A stretch of 64,000 nucleotides of DNA, taken from IMG/VR virus record IMGVR_UViG_2061766007_004178; one strand, given 5' to 3'. Shown here in pieces: positions 62,703-64,000 of the stretch. A model generated the notes under the pieces. That model did no database searches and was not told the DNA's origin. It was given only the letters and a program-made list of their open reading frames with translations. A program made the translations under genes and the position numbers. How positions within the stretch are numbered: the stretch's first letter is position 1; each line of letters starts with the position of its first letter. This DNA comes from an uncultured virus (IMG/VR IMGVR_UViG_2061766007_004178). Lineage: Duplodnaviria > Heunggongvirae > Uroviricota > Caudoviricetes.

Positions 62703-63218
62703 TTAAGCGGAATATCTTTCTAAGACCGTTCCGAACGGCACATAGATATTGTAATAGTAATTTTTTGGGTCTGTGAATTCGCTTTTGCATCTATAGATTG
62801 ACGGATCGATTTGGTCTGTCTCGACCAAATAAATTGTATGGCTGNNNNNNNNNNNNNNNNNNNTGTTCTCGCCGACTTCGCGATAGTAATAGTAGACCGG
62901 TCTTTCGCTTACCGTGCCGTAGCCGATGCGGAATCTGCCGTAAACGCCGGTATCTCGATCGAGCGATGCGATTTTAGAGACCAGGGTTTCGTAGCCGGCA
63001 TCGAATTGCTCTTGCCATTGCGCATGCGATTTCCATGCAAAGACTATTGTTAAGATTGAGATGGCGACGGCTCCGACGCAGCCAACCGCGCCGAGTATAT
63101 ATTTCCATTCGCGTTCGTCCATGAAGGTGGCGATAGCGACCAAAGCCAATACGATAAACGCGAGTATTACAGCTGCTAAACAAACAGTGCAAATGACTGT
63201 GCTTGTTAAATCGTTCAT
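62703..63218 (-). CDS. membrane protein
   Basis: Two N-terminal TM segments. Confidence 0.7.
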   Translation of the reverse strand: MNDLTSTVICTVCLAAVILAFIVLALVAIATFMDEREWKYILGAVGCVGAVAISILTIVFAWKSHAQWQEQFDAGYETLVSKIASLDRDTGVYGRFRIGYGTVSERPVYYYYREVGENXXXXXXXSHTIYLVETDQIDPSIYRCKSEFTDPKNYYYNIYVPFGTVLERYSA

Positions 63219-63234
63219 AGTATCTCCTTATATT

Positions 63235-63678
63235 TTATTGCCACGAAATGTGGAGGTCGTCCCAGTCGTCGTTGGTCCTGACCTGTTTGACGGTGTATTT
63301 GTGCTTTGCGTTCAAATCGAAGGCGACTTCGGCGCAAAGACGTTTGCCGAGCTTTCGAGGCCAGCGATATATGAGCGCCTGCTCATTTTTCTCTTTCGCG
63401 AAATCGATGCAGAGCAAGATGTCTTCGATTGCTTTGTCGTAATCCGATTTGCGGTCATGGGCCTCTTTGATGGCCTGGAAGTAGGACATAGGGTCGCATT
63501 CTTTTTCGAGCGCGCTTTCCCCGACGTCCCACTGGGCTATGCTAGCGACTTCTTCGGTCAGGCAGTCTAAGCTGCATTTTTCCGGATAGAGAAGCTCAAG
63601 CCTGTATTCTGTCGGGGATATCTGGTAGAAATCGTCGCAGATGTGCTTCTGCTTGTCGGTCAATTCGATGATGTACAT
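63235..63678 (-). CDS. hypothetical protein
   Basis: ORF. Confidence 0.65.
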   Translation of the reverse strand: MYIIELTDKQKHICDDFYQISPTEYRLELLYPEKCSLDCLTEEVASIAQWDVGESALEKECDPMSYFQAIKEAHDRKSDYDKAIEDILLCIDFAKEKNEQALIYRWPRKLGKRLCAEVAFDLNAKHKYTVKQVRTNDDWDDLHISWQ

Positions 63679-63709
63679 ATTGTCGTCTCGTCTTTCCGCC
63701 TTGATTGGG

Positions 63710-63991
63710 CTAATTTTCTTTTGAGCTGTTGATCTTTAACAATACCTCATCGTAGTGCTTTTCGCGCACTTTAGAGCGTATTTGGCAAAGGTTGAACGTG
63801 ATATTGCAGACAAACGTTATAAGAAGGATATACAAGATTTCCCAAGCATCTGAGTGCTTTTCGATGAATGTGGCAAGGCATATGCCAATTACGACGGCCG
63901 CGACGAAAAGGATGCCGCAGGTGACCCAGCTGGCGAAAATGCTCGCTTCGCTGTCTTTGATTCTTTGTTTAAGGTAATCGTTGAATGTCAT
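63710..63991 (-). CDS. small membrane protein
   Basis: Two TM segments. Confidence 0.65.
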   Translation of the reverse strand: MTFNDYLKQRIKDSEASIFASWVTCGILFVAAVVIGICLATFIEKHSDAWEILYILLITFVCNITFNLCQIRSKVREKHYDEVLLKINSSKEN

Positions 63992-64000
63992 GACGTTCCC

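Noticed and set aside
1269..63977. Most plus-strand ORFs in the track
   Set aside because: Antisense shadows of minus-strand genes, lacking RBS or motifs; only the gene at 49242 is supported.

Overview
This is a 64 kb segment of a large, probably lytic dsDNA phage, likely of a Firmicutes/Bacilli host judging by strong AGGAGG RBSs and sigmaA-type promoters. Almost all genes are on the minus strand, no structural genes are recognisable, and many short N gaps break reading frames. The left part carries auxiliary, translation and nucleotide genes: HslV-like peptidase, GIY-YIG endonuclease, PhoH, TerD-like protein, CCA-adding enzyme, ATP-dependent DNA ligase, peptide deformylase, deoxyribosyltransferase, nrdG/nrdD/nrdH and thymidine kinase. 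The right part is mostly small early-type genes, plus a sigma-like factor, a wHTH replication protein, a DNA methyltransferase, an SNF2 helicase, a 1.5 kb noncoding interval and a tRNA-Ile(UAU). Main result: TGA appears to have two meanings in this genome. It reads as Trp in the PhoH/GIY-YIG/HslV operon and in an 8-gene paralog array, both behind a GCTAAATTA motif. It acts as a stop, with many ATGA overlaps, in genes behind sigmaA-type promoters. The 5-25 kb metabolic block avoids it altogether. Also present are an unannotated ArfA-like peptide, a structured ~225 nt RNA candidate displaying anti-Shine-Dalgarno loops, and several leaderless genes. Together these suggest a phage translation-control programme (inference). 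No tRNA-Trp(UCA) or release factor was seen in the window.
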